Assembly: GCA_017525225.1 (NCBI GenBank)
Contig: JAFXTB010000068.1
Coordinates: 14,526-78,525 of the forward strand
DNA: 64,000 nucleotides
Source of the DNA: Kiritimatiellia bacterium
GTDB taxonomy: Bacteria > Verrucomicrobiota > Kiritimatiellia > RFP12 > UBA1067
Reading direction: 5' to 3'
Below, one piece after another: positions 8,145 to 16,105 of the stretch (position 1 is the stretch's first letter; each line of letters begins with the position of its first letter). The notes below the pieces were generated by a model, which did not search any database, was not told the DNA's origin, and worked only from the letters and a program-made list of their open reading frames with translations. The position numbers and the translations under genes are program-made.

Positions 8145-8739
8145 CCCCGACGGCCTCCAATGCCCGCACGATTCCGCGAAGCCGTGCTATCATGCGGCTC
8201 TTGGTCTTGTCGATGTTATTCCGGCTTGTCCCGTAGGCGGTGGCGACCTCTTCTGGCGCAATGCCGTCAACGGTAAGCCTCTGGAATATCTGCTTGGACT
8301 TGTCGGGGATCCTTTCGTCAGAAAGAAGTTGATGCATCGCGATTTCAAGAAGAGAAGTCCGCCAAGCGGTCTCCTCGTTTTCCGATGCCGCCTGCACGGC
8401 AGAAACCATATTCTCGCGCAAGCTGGCCTTCAGAGCACTGACCCGCTTCTCCTTCTCGTGCCACTTGAGCGCCTTCTTGTGGAGGATCCCCGTAAGATAG
8501 TTTCGGAAACGCCCAGTTTCATCCGGTGCATAACGGTAGCATGGGAGCGCTTTCGACAACACGGCAAACGTTTCCTGAACCATGTCATCGGCATCCACAT
8601 CAGGGAAATGCGTCTTAAGATACGCAAGCATCATAGGACGATACCGTGCCACAAACTCCGGCCAACGTGCGTTGCCCGCATCGGCCGATATCTCGCGCAG
8701 AAGAGTTGTAGATGTTTCTGGCACCATAAAAATCCACAA
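8137..8739 (-). CDS. ECF-type sigma-70 family factor
   Basis: Region 2-like 'DDMVQETFAVLSKALPCYRY' and region 4 HTH 'GIAPEEVATAYGTSRNNIDKTKSRMIARLR'. Its stop overlaps the kinase start by 8 nt (ATGTCTGA, 8137-8144). Confidence 0.85.
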   Translation of the reverse strand: MWIFMVPETSTTLLREISADAGNARWPEFVARYRPMMLAYLKTHFPDVDADDMVQETFAVLSKALPCYRYAPDETGRFRNYLTGILHKKALKWHEKEKRVSALKASLRENMVSAVQAASENEETAWRTSLLEIAMHQLLSDERIPDKSKQIFQRLTVDGIAPEEVATAYGTSRNNIDKTKSRMIARLRGIVRALEAVGDV

Positions 8740-8812
8740 ATACCTACCTCACCCTTTACAGGCGGGTAGAATTCATTATGCCGAACTGCGTTCCCGTTCA
8801 AGGAACGATGAA

Positions 8813-8820
8813 ATTATACA
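8813..8820 (-). promoter_or_regulatory. extended -10 (TGTATAAT) upstream of the sigma gene
   Basis: Reverse complement of attataca, about 73 nt upstream of the ATG at 8739. Confidence 0.4.
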
Positions 8821-8909
8821 CTATCGCGCTATGCGACGCAAGGGTACACGAGAAAAATCATTAGTGGCCAATTTTTCGGCAGGCCGTCTTATCAATCCCA
8901 TCCCTATCT

Positions 8910-10298
8910 TCAGAATCGCGGCAGCCTTGCCAGCGAATCCGCGAGGCCGCCTTCCCGGTTGCGAAGGCGCCACACGCGGGCATGGTCCTCGCGCAGGAAC
9001 CTGAGCCGCCTCTCATCCCGCCGGTTGCAGGCGGCATCCACGAGGTTGGCGATATGCACTATCTCCTCCGCCCACACCGCGCCCTGGCCATAGAGCGTGG
9101 GCGATGTGAACGCGCTGGCCGCATGGCGGCAGCCTTCGGCGATGGAGGAGATCTCGGCAAGGACGGAATCCGTCAATCCCGGATGGCGCGAATAGCCACG
9201 GTCGCCCGCAAGAATGCGGAAGAGCTCCGACGCATTGGCGCGCAGGGCGCCGCCACGCAGGTAGAGCGTACCCAACCGCAGCAGCGTACCGCCGAGCGGA
9301 ACCCCCATCGCGGCATCAAGCGCCTCCTCGAGGTTCATCTTCGCGGCAGAAGGCCCTTCCGACGCGAACGCGCCGCCGAGAATCAGACCCGGCAGGGATG
9401 CGGCCAATGGCTGCCAGTGCCCCCCGTCGCCCCAATCCGTCACCATGTATCCTTTCGCGCCGAACTGCCTGCCTGCGCGTTCCGCGGCCTCGAGGTTCTC
9501 GCGCATGTTCTCTATGCGCCCGGCAAGCGAATTCCAGCTGCTAGTGCCTGGGCATACGTAGAAGTCGAGTCCGGCGGCCTGGAATTTCGCCGCCTCCTCC
9601 ATGAACGGATGGTTGCCTTCATATCCCCAGTCGAGCGCGACCATGTCCTTCGGCAGCTCCGGCACGAGCTCGGGATGCTTCAGTATCATGTCGCCCCAGA
9701 ACATCGGCCTCCTGCCGTGCCTGCGGACGAGATCCGCCACCTTTTTCAGAAAGTCCAGATAGACGCGTCCGGCCCCCTTCTCCTTCACGGCGGCGGCGCT
9801 GCGTCCGCCGGGCGAGAGCAGGTCGAACGTCTCGTCGCATCCGATGTTGAAGAGCCTCGAGCCGAAGTTCGGGAGAAGCTCCGCGTAGAGGCCGTCGAGG
9901 AACTCGAGCGTGCGCGGATCCGTGGGGCAAAGCGTGGTGGGATCCTTCTTGACCGTGCCCCACGGCGTCATCGCGCCACCTTGCGGCAGCTCCGCCAGCG
10001 CGTTGTATTCAGGCAGCGAGAGCCACCTCTCCATGTGGCCGAAGGAGTTCTGGTTCGGCACAAGCTCGATGCCGTTCATGGCGCAGCAGGCATCGAGCTG
10101 GCGGATCTCGGCGGCGGTGAGGGGGGAGGCGTTGCGCCAGACGGCCTCATGCGCCGAGTAGGCGAACGCGTGCTCGATGTACAGCTGAAGCTGGTTGTAT
10201 CCAAAGCGCGCAAGCAGCTCGACGATGAGCCGCAGGGTGGACATGGTCGGAACCTTGTCCCGGCTGATGTCGAGCATATAGGCGCGGTACGTGAACAT
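8910..10298 (-). CDS. GH20-like beta-N-acetylhexosaminidase (catalytic domain)
   Basis: 'MLDISRDKVP', 'NSFGHMERW' and 'FNIGCDETFD' (D-E pair). The start is trimmed to the ATG at 10298, 2 nt after the rlmB stop; the track's 539-aa ORF overlaps rlmB with an Arg/Gly-rich extension. Confidence 0.7.
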   Translation of the reverse strand: MFTYRAYMLDISRDKVPTMSTLRLIVELLARFGYNQLQLYIEHAFAYSAHEAVWRNASPLTAAEIRQLDACCAMNGIELVPNQNSFGHMERWLSLPEYNALAELPQGGAMTPWGTVKKDPTTLCPTDPRTLEFLDGLYAELLPNFGSRLFNIGCDETFDLLSPGGRSAAAVKEKGAGRVYLDFLKKVADLVRRHGRRPMFWGDMILKHPELVPELPKDMVALDWGYEGNHPFMEEAAKFQAAGLDFYVCPGTSSWNSLAGRIENMRENLEAAERAGRQFGAKGYMVTDWGDGGHWQPLAASLPGLILGGAFASEGPSAAKMNLEEALDAAMGVPLGGTLLRLGTLYLRGGALRANASELFRILAGDRGYSRHPGLTDSVLAEISSIAEGCRHAASAFTSPTLYGQGAVWAEEIVHIANLVDAACNRRDERRLRFLREDHARVWRLRNREGGLADSLARLPRF

Positions 10299-10300
10299 GG

Positions 10301-11092
10301 TCACCCACGCTGGCGGAGAATCTCGTACAGCGCTATGCCGGCGGCCACGCCGGCGTTGAGCGATTCGAATCCGCCTGGCATCGGCAGCTCGGCTATGAAG
10401 TCGCATGTCTCGCGCACCAGCCGCGAAACCCCCGAGCCTTCGGCCCCCACCACGAGCCCGGCACGTCCCTTGAAATCCACCTTGGTGTAGTCGCGGGCGC
10501 CCTCGCCCCAGTCCAGGGCCGTGAACCACACGCCGGCCTCCTGCAGCTCCTTCATGGCGCGCACGAGGTTGACCACATGGGCGACGCGCAGGTGCTCGGC
10601 CGCTCCGGCGGAAGCCCGCACCGCCGCAGGCGTGATGCCGCAGGAGCGGTCCTCCGGAATCACCACGCCCGTGGCGCCGGCGCAGAGCGCGGTACGGAGG
10701 ATCGATCCCACGTTCTGGGGATCCTCAAGATGGTCCAACACCACCACGAGGGCGTTCTCATCGTCGGTGGCGGCGCGTACGATCTCGTCGAACCCCACGT
10801 ACGGATATCCGGTCGTCCTGAGGGCCACGCCCTGGTGGTGCCCGAAATGCGTAAGCCTGTCGAGCCGGTCGCGGTCCTCGCAACGCAGCGCAATCCCGCG
10901 GGAGCGCGCCGTCGCGCGGAGCTGGGCGATCTCGTCGGATTCACCCTTGTCGAACGGCGGCAGGATCATCTCGGTGACGGTCCGCCGGCCTGCGCGCAGA
11001 GTCTCGATCGCGGGGTTCCGCCCGTAGATCCATTCTCCGCCGCCGCACGCCTCGCGCGGACCCTTCCTATGTCCTTCCCTGCCCTTCTTCAT
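10301..11092 (-). CDS. rlmB: 23S rRNA 2'-O-methyltransferase, SpoU/TrmH family (RlmB-like)
   Basis: 'GRNPAIETLRAGRR', 'VLDHLEDPQNVGSILRTA' and 'GAEGSGVSRLVRETCD...ESLNAGVAAGIALYE'. Confidence 0.85.
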   Translation of the reverse strand: MKKGREGHRKGPREACGGGEWIYGRNPAIETLRAGRRTVTEMILPPFDKGESDEIAQLRATARSRGIALRCEDRDRLDRLTHFGHHQGVALRTTGYPYVGFDEIVRAATDDENALVVVLDHLEDPQNVGSILRTALCAGATGVVIPEDRSCGITPAAVRASAGAAEHLRVAHVVNLVRAMKELQEAGVWFTALDWGEGARDYTKVDFKGRAGLVVGAEGSGVSRLVRETCDFIAELPMPGGFESLNAGVAAGIALYEILRQRG

Positions 11093-11132
11093 TCCCGGGA
11101 TCCTCTCTCATGCGGACGGACTGCGTATGCGT

Positions 11133-12077
11133 TCATTGCAGTTCGACCGTCGTAAGCGTGGTTCCTCCGAAGTCGGCCACGTAGAGCAGTCCTCGCCATA
11201 CGCACGGTTCGCTCGGACGCGTGAAGCACCCGCTGGCGAGCACCGTCCGACGGCCGTCCGGCGAAAAGCGCACGGCCGAACAGCCGAGCATGTCGGCCAC
11301 ATAGAGGTTGCCGGCCGCATCCACGCACAGTCCATCCGCCGACGGAAGCCCCGTGGCGAAAAGCTCCGTCTTCGTGAAACGGCCGTCCGCGCCAGGCGTC
11401 AGCCGCCAGATGCGTCCATCGCCATAGTTTCCGGTGTAGACGATTCCGTCCCTGGTGACGGCGACACCGTTCAGTCCGCCTCGCTTGACGCGGTTGGTGG
11501 TGAAGTCGGTGAACACGCACTGCGCGTCGGCCGGCGTGTTCAGCACCTTCACATCGCGGTCGGTCGCGGCGAACATGTACAGCGCGCTCTGCGAATTGCC
11601 GTCGGTGCGCTCCACGTTGCGCTGGTACGCCTGCGTGAGATAGAGGAAGCCGTTGAGGTACTTCACCCCGTTGGCGTTCTCAAGGCCGCACGCCACGGTC
11701 TCGAAGGCCACGGCCTTGTCGTCGCGTATGGTCGCGCACAGGAGCCTGCCCTTGCGGTCCGGCTGGCAGTCGCAGATGTAGAGCTCGCCCTCCGGGCCGA
11801 AGCATATTCCCATCGGAGCGGAGAACCCGGTCGCGGGGTTGACCGGCACATCGAACCATTTGACCGGTGCCTGCCCGGGCCCGCAGATGCGGAAGATCGC
11901 GCCGGGCTGGCTGCGGTCGTTGTTTGGGGCGGCTATCACCAGACGCCCCGCAGGGTCGACCGCCATGCCGTCGGGCGTGGTGCACGAAGCAGGCATCTGT
12001 ATCTTGGACGTACCGCCAAGGGCGGCTAGGGCGGCTAGGCCGAATATGGTTCCGATCGTGGTTTTGCTCATGGTCAT
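11133..12077 (-). CDS. secreted SMP-30/gluconolactonase/NHL-type beta-propeller protein
   Basis: Signal peptide 'TIGTIFGLAALAALGG'. Repeated 'DG.LY.AD' type blades: 'PEGELYICD', 'RDGIVYTGN', 'AAGNLYVADM' and 'GLLYVADFG'. Confidence 0.6.
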   Translation of the reverse strand: MTMSKTTIGTIFGLAALAALGGTSKIQMPASCTTPDGMAVDPAGRLVIAAPNNDRSQPGAIFRICGPGQAPVKWFDVPVNPATGFSAPMGICFGPEGELYICDCQPDRKGRLLCATIRDDKAVAFETVACGLENANGVKYLNGFLYLTQAYQRNVERTDGNSQSALYMFAATDRDVKVLNTPADAQCVFTDFTTNRVKRGGLNGVAVTRDGIVYTGNYGDGRIWRLTPGADGRFTKTELFATGLPSADGLCVDAAGNLYVADMLGCSAVRFSPDGRRTVLASGCFTRPSEPCVWRGLLYVADFGGTTLTTVELQ

Positions 12078-12103
12078 CCTCGTTTGAATCTATCGATGGG
12101 CTG

Positions 12104-12114
12104 TATTATATCAA
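12104..12114 (-). promoter_or_regulatory. extended -10 TTTGATATAAT for the beta-propeller gene
   Basis: Reverse complement of attatatcaaa, 26 nt upstream of the ATG at 12077. Confidence 0.45.
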
Positions 12115-12141
12115 ACGGTGATGGACGGGGCAACCGATTGC

Positions 12142-12170
12142 TTGCCAACACGGGGAAAACTTGCTAGAAT
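12142..12170 (+). promoter_or_regulatory. sigma70-type promoter of the alanine/cation symporter gene
   Basis: TTGCCA (12142-12147), a 17-nt spacer, then TAGAAT (12165-12170) preceded by TTGC. Confidence 0.45.
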
Positions 12171-12215
12171 CTCTGCGACCTACAACCAAGGACCACGGAG
12201 CCCAACGGAAACAGC

Positions 12216-13691
12216 ATGGCAATTCCATTCCTCGCACAGAGCGCGACAACGCAGACGGCATGGCTTAGGCAGGCGACAGAGGTCATCGACCGCATCGACG
12301 CATGGGTGTGGGGATGGCCGCTGATCGTCGCCCTGCTCGCGGTGGGCGCCATCTACACCGTATGGCTGCGCTTTCTGCCGCTGCGGCTGCTTCTGCATGG
12401 CTTCAGGCACACCTTCCGCCACGAGAAGGGCGCCGAAGGGGAGGTATCGAACTTCGCATCGCTCTGCACTGCGCTCGCCACCACCATCGGCACCGGGAAC
12501 ATCGTCGGCGTGGCCACCGCGATCGGCACGGGCGGACCTGGCGCCCTGTTCTGGATGGAGCTGGCAGCCCTGCTCGGCATGGCCACCAAGTACGCCGAAG
12601 GGTTTCTCGCCATCCGCTACCGCGAAGTGCTCCCCGACGGCCGGGTGGTCGGCGGCCCCTTCCAGTACATCGAGAAAGGCATGGGGCGGCGCTGGAAGCC
12701 CCTGGCCGTAGCCTTCAGCATATTCGGCATCTGCACCGGTCTGCTGGGCCTCGGCACGCTCACGCAGGTGAACAGCATAACCGCCGCCGTGCAGCGCGTG
12801 TTCGATCCCACGTTCAACCCGGCCGACCCGTCCACGGGCATCATGCTGTTCGGTTCCTGCCATTCACTGGCGACGGTCATCGCAGGGGGGCTGGTGACGA
12901 TCGCCGTGGCGGCGGTCGTAGTGGGTGGACTCAAGCGCATCGCCGCCGTCGCAAGCGTGATAGTGCCGTTCATGGCCGTGGTATACCTGTTCATCTGCCT
13001 GCTGCTCATCGTCCGCCACCTGGACGCCCTCCCCGGGGCGTGCCTCGACATCGTGCGCGGTGCGTTCAACCCGGCCGCGGTCGGAGGCGGGGCCCTGGGC
13101 ACGTTCTTCATTGCGTTGCAGCGCGGCGTCTCGCGCGGCATCTTCTCCAACGAGGCAGGTCTGGGGTCGGCACCGATCGCATCCGCCGTCGCCCGGACGC
13201 ATGAACCCGTCCATCAGGGTCTCATATCCATGACCGGCGTGTTTCTCGACACCACCATCGTCTGCACCATGACCGGTCTCGCGATTGTGGTGATGGGCAC
13301 CTGGCGGCCCGAGCTCGCGCTGCAGGGCGTCGACATAACGCTGGCCGCGTTCTCGCAGGGGCTGCCGTTCGGCGGACGCACCGCAGAGGTGCTGCTCATG
13401 GTCTCGCTCATATTCTTCGCCTACACCACCACCCTGGGCTGGACCTTCTATTCCGAGAAATGCCTCGACTATCTGGTCGGTCCCGGCAGACGAGGCGCGG
13501 TGGGCGTACTGCGGACGACATTCATCTGCGCAGTGGCCATCGGCCCGTACTTCACCGTAGCGGCCGTGTGGGGCATAGCCGACATCTGCTCGGGCCTCAT
13601 GGCCCTGCCCAACCTGGTGGCGCTGCTGGTGCTCTCGCCCGTGGTCGTGAAAAGCACGCGGGAATGGATGGAGCGCAGGAAGCGCGGTTGA
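12216..13691 (+). CDS. alanine/glycine:cation symporter (AGCS family)
   Basis: 'LCTALATTIGTGNIVGVATAIGTGGPGALFWM', 'GGPFQYIEKG' and 'SNEAGLGSAPIA'; multiple TM helices. Confidence 0.85.
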   Translation: MAIPFLAQSATTQTAWLRQATEVIDRIDAWVWGWPLIVALLAVGAIYTVWLRFLPLRLLLHGFRHTFRHEKGAEGEVSNFASLCTALATTIGTGNIVGVATAIGTGGPGALFWMELAALLGMATKYAEGFLAIRYREVLPDGRVVGGPFQYIEKGMGRRWKPLAVAFSIFGICTGLLGLGTLTQVNSITAAVQRVFDPTFNPADPSTGIMLFGSCHSLATVIAGGLVTIAVAAVVVGGLKRIAAVASVIVPFMAVVYLFICLLLIVRHLDALPGACLDIVRGAFNPAAVGGGALGTFFIALQRGVSRGIFSNEAGLGSAPIASAVARTHEPVHQGLISMTGVFLDTTIVCTMTGLAIVVMGTWRPELALQGVDITLAAFSQGLPFGGRTAEVLLMVSLIFFAYTTTLGWTFYSEKCLDYLVGPGRRGAVGVLRTTFICAVAIGPYFTVAAVWGIADICSGLMALPNLVALLVLSPVVVKSTREWMERRKRG

Positions 13692-13697
13692 CGGCGA

Positions 13698-14066
13698 TCA
13701 CGCCTCGGCCATGCAGTCGATCTCTATGCGGGCGCCCTTTATCAGAGAGGCTACGCCTACGCAGGCGCGGGCAGGCTTGTTGTCGCCGAACACCTCCGCG
13801 TACGCGGCGTTCATCGCATCGAACTCGCCAAGGTCCGTCATGTAGACCGTGCACTTGAACACCTTGCTGAGCGACGAGCCCGCGGCCTCGAGCAGACAGC
13901 CGAGCTTCTTCAGCGCCATGCGCGTCTGGTCGCCGATGTCGGGCGGCAGGCATCCTGCGAACGAGTCGTACCCCGTCTGCCCGGAGCACCATATCACGTT
14001 TCCCACGCGCTTTGCGCCGCTGTAGGGGCCTATCGGACGTATCCCACCTGCGTTTATAGTCTCCAT
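13698..14066 (-). CDS. ridA: RidA/YjgF family reactive-intermediate deaminase
   Basis: 'IGPYSGAKRVGNVIWCSGQ' and 'ARACVGVASLIKGARIEIDCMA'. The start is trimmed to METINAGG with RBS GGAGGTGG. Confidence 0.8.
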   Translation of the reverse strand: METINAGGIRPIGPYSGAKRVGNVIWCSGQTGYDSFAGCLPPDIGDQTRMALKKLGCLLEAAGSSLSKVFKCTVYMTDLGEFDAMNAAYAEVFGDNKPARACVGVASLIKGARIEIDCMAEA

Positions 14067-14082
14067 GATCCACCTCCTCGCA

Positions 14083-15279
14083 TCAGTATACGGGCTTCGA
14101 GCAGTCAAGCCCGTCGAAGTAGTAGTAGGTGTCACCCTTCGGGCGTATGTCCGTGAGCGTGCCGGTGTAGTGGCGCAGTATGCGCGGCTGGTACGGACGC
14201 TTCAGGACCTCCTCCAGGTTGACCTCGATGCCCAGCCCGGGGGCGTCGCCGATCAGCAGGCATCCATCCTCGTACTTTACGTTCTCGTTCGTTATGAACC
14301 TGCGGAAGGAACCGTCCGTAAGCATCATCTCGTGTATGAGGAAGTTGGGCGTAGTGGCGGCGAGCTGCAGCACGGCGGCGTTCGAGATCGGGCCCGACGG
14401 ATTGTGGATGCTCACGGGTACGTGGCACGCCTCGCACATGGCGGCGACCTTCTTGGTCTCGAGGAAGCCGCCGTTGTGGAACATGTCCGGCTGGCCGATG
14501 TCCATCGCCTCCTTCCTGAGCGCCTCCTGCCACATGTACTTGCCGTAGTAGCGCTCGCCGGCGGCGATTGGCACCTGGCTGTGGTCACGTACCCATCTGA
14601 GCGAGTCGGAACTGTCGGGGACGGTTGGCTCCTCCATCCACATGGGCTTGAACGGTGCCAGCTCGCGCGATGCCTCCACCGCGGTGAAGTGGTTGAAGCG
14701 GCCGTGGCACTCTATGATCAGCTCCATGTCCGGCCCGACGGCCTCGCGCACCGAACCCACAATCGCCACCGCATGGTCCATCTCGGACCGTGTCAGCGTC
14801 ATGTGGGCCTTGCCGAAGGGATCCCACTTGATCGCCTTCACGCCTATCGCCTTCACCTTGACGGCCGCGGCGGCGAATTCCTCGGGCTCGCGCGCGCCGA
14901 CGAACCAGGCGTTGGCGTACATCTTCACCCTATCGCGGATCTTGCCGCCGAAGAGCCTGTGCACGGGAACGCCGAGCGACTTGCCTGCGATGTCCCAGAG
15001 GGCGATCTCGATGCCGCTCATGGCGCTCATCATCACAGGTCCGCCCTTCCAGTAGCTGTCGCGGTAGACCTCGAACATGAACTTCTCAATCTCGGTCGCG
15101 TCGCGGCCGAGGACCATCCGCTTGAGGTCGTTCACGCATCCCTCAAGGGCCATCTCCCGCGTGCCAAGCGACGCTTCGCCCCATCCGTAGAGGCCGGCCT
15201 CGTCGGTCTCCACCTTGATGAAGGTCCAGTTGGTCCTGAACGCATCGAACGTGTAGGTCTTGATGTCTGTGATCTTCAT
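14083..15279 (-). CDS. enolase-superfamily sugar-acid dehydratase, D-galactonate dehydratase (DgoD) family
   Basis: 'MKITDIKTY...NWTFIKVETDEAGLYGWGEA' and 'SGIEIALWDIAGKSLGVPVHRLFGG' match my recollection of DgoD. The ATG overlaps the upstream stop in ATGA (15276-15279). Confidence 0.8.
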   Translation of the reverse strand: MKITDIKTYTFDAFRTNWTFIKVETDEAGLYGWGEASLGTREMALEGCVNDLKRMVLGRDATEIEKFMFEVYRDSYWKGGPVMMSAMSGIEIALWDIAGKSLGVPVHRLFGGKIRDRVKMYANAWFVGAREPEEFAAAAVKVKAIGVKAIKWDPFGKAHMTLTRSEMDHAVAIVGSVREAVGPDMELIIECHGRFNHFTAVEASRELAPFKPMWMEEPTVPDSSDSLRWVRDHSQVPIAAGERYYGKYMWQEALRKEAMDIGQPDMFHNGGFLETKKVAAMCEACHVPVSIHNPSGPISNAAVLQLAATTPNFLIHEMMLTDGSFRRFITNENVKYEDGCLLIGDAPGLGIEVNLEEVLKRPYQPRILRHYTGTLTDIRPKGDTYYYFDGLDCSKPVY

Positions 15280-16091
15280 TTTTCCGTCTTCCCCTTCTCC
15301 CAGTACTTGACGTTGTAGGTGTCGTTCTTCGCCCAATCGGCGCGGTACTGCAGGAGGCTCGCGCCCAGGCCGCTGTCGACGGGCATCTCGACGCCCGATA
15401 TGGTGGCCGCCTCGTCGGAGCAGAGGAACCTCACGGCGGCGGCTATCTCGTCCATGTACGATTCGCGTCCCACCGGGTAGCGCGAACGCCACGTCGCGAT
15501 CTGCTCTTCGCTCAGGGCGTTCCACCTTTCGGTGCGTATCGCCCCCGCGAGGACGGAGTTGACGCGGATGCCCAGATGCCCCAGCTCCACGGCCATCGAA
15601 CGCACCATTCCGCCTATCGCGGCCTTGGAGACCGTGTAGCAAATGCGCCCTGGCACGGAGCGCAGCTGGTGGACGCTCGACACGAACACCATCGCGCCGC
15701 CGCCCTTCATGAGCTTCACTGCCTCCTGCGCGCCGAAGAACGTCCCACGCGCGTTCGCGTTCATCACCGAATCGTACTCTTCTGGCGTCGTGTTGAGGAT
15801 GGAAAGCCCCACGCCGAGGTTGGCCGCATTGGAGACGAACGCATCCAGACCGCCGAACTTCTCCGCGATCTGCGCGAAAGCGGCGCGTATATCGTCCACG
15901 TTCGCCGGATCCATCCGCACCCCGAGCGTCTCCACCTGCGGAAACTCCTCCTTGAGCCGTCCTGCGGCGGCGGAGGAGGATGCCTGGTCGCGGCTCGAAA
16001 CCGCGACGTTCCAGCCGTCGGACGCGAACCGACGGGCTATCGCGAAACCGGTGTTCTTCGTCGCACCGGTTACGAACATTGTCTTTGCCAT
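15276..16091 (-). CDS. short-chain dehydrogenase/reductase (SDR)
   Basis: 'VTGATKNTGFAIA' and 'YTVSKAA' (YxxxK). The start is trimmed to MAKTMFVTG with a GGAG RBS. Confidence 0.8.
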   Translation of the reverse strand: MAKTMFVTGATKNTGFAIARRFASDGWNVAVSSRDQASSSAAAGRLKEEFPQVETLGVRMDPANVDDIRAAFAQIAEKFGGLDAFVSNAANLGVGLSILNTTPEEYDSVMNANARGTFFGAQEAVKLMKGGGAMVFVSSVHQLRSVPGRICYTVSKAAIGGMVRSMAVELGHLGIRVNSVLAGAIRTERWNALSEEQIATWRSRYPVGRESYMDEIAAAVRFLCSDEAATISGVEMPVDSGLGASLLQYRADWAKNDTYNVKYWEKGKTEK

Positions 16092-16105
16092 TGGTCTATC
16101 TCCTT

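Noticed and set aside
14083-15642. Long N-terminal extensions of track ORFs. Examples are 14083..15642, 15276..16601, 46783..48564, 50723..52063, 8910..10529, 24650..26647, 31452..33740 and 61170..62105.
   Set aside because: The extensions are Arg/Gly-rich, overlap the upstream gene and precede an internal ATG that has an RBS or an ATGA coupling and a canonical family N-terminus. Starts were trimmed accordingly.
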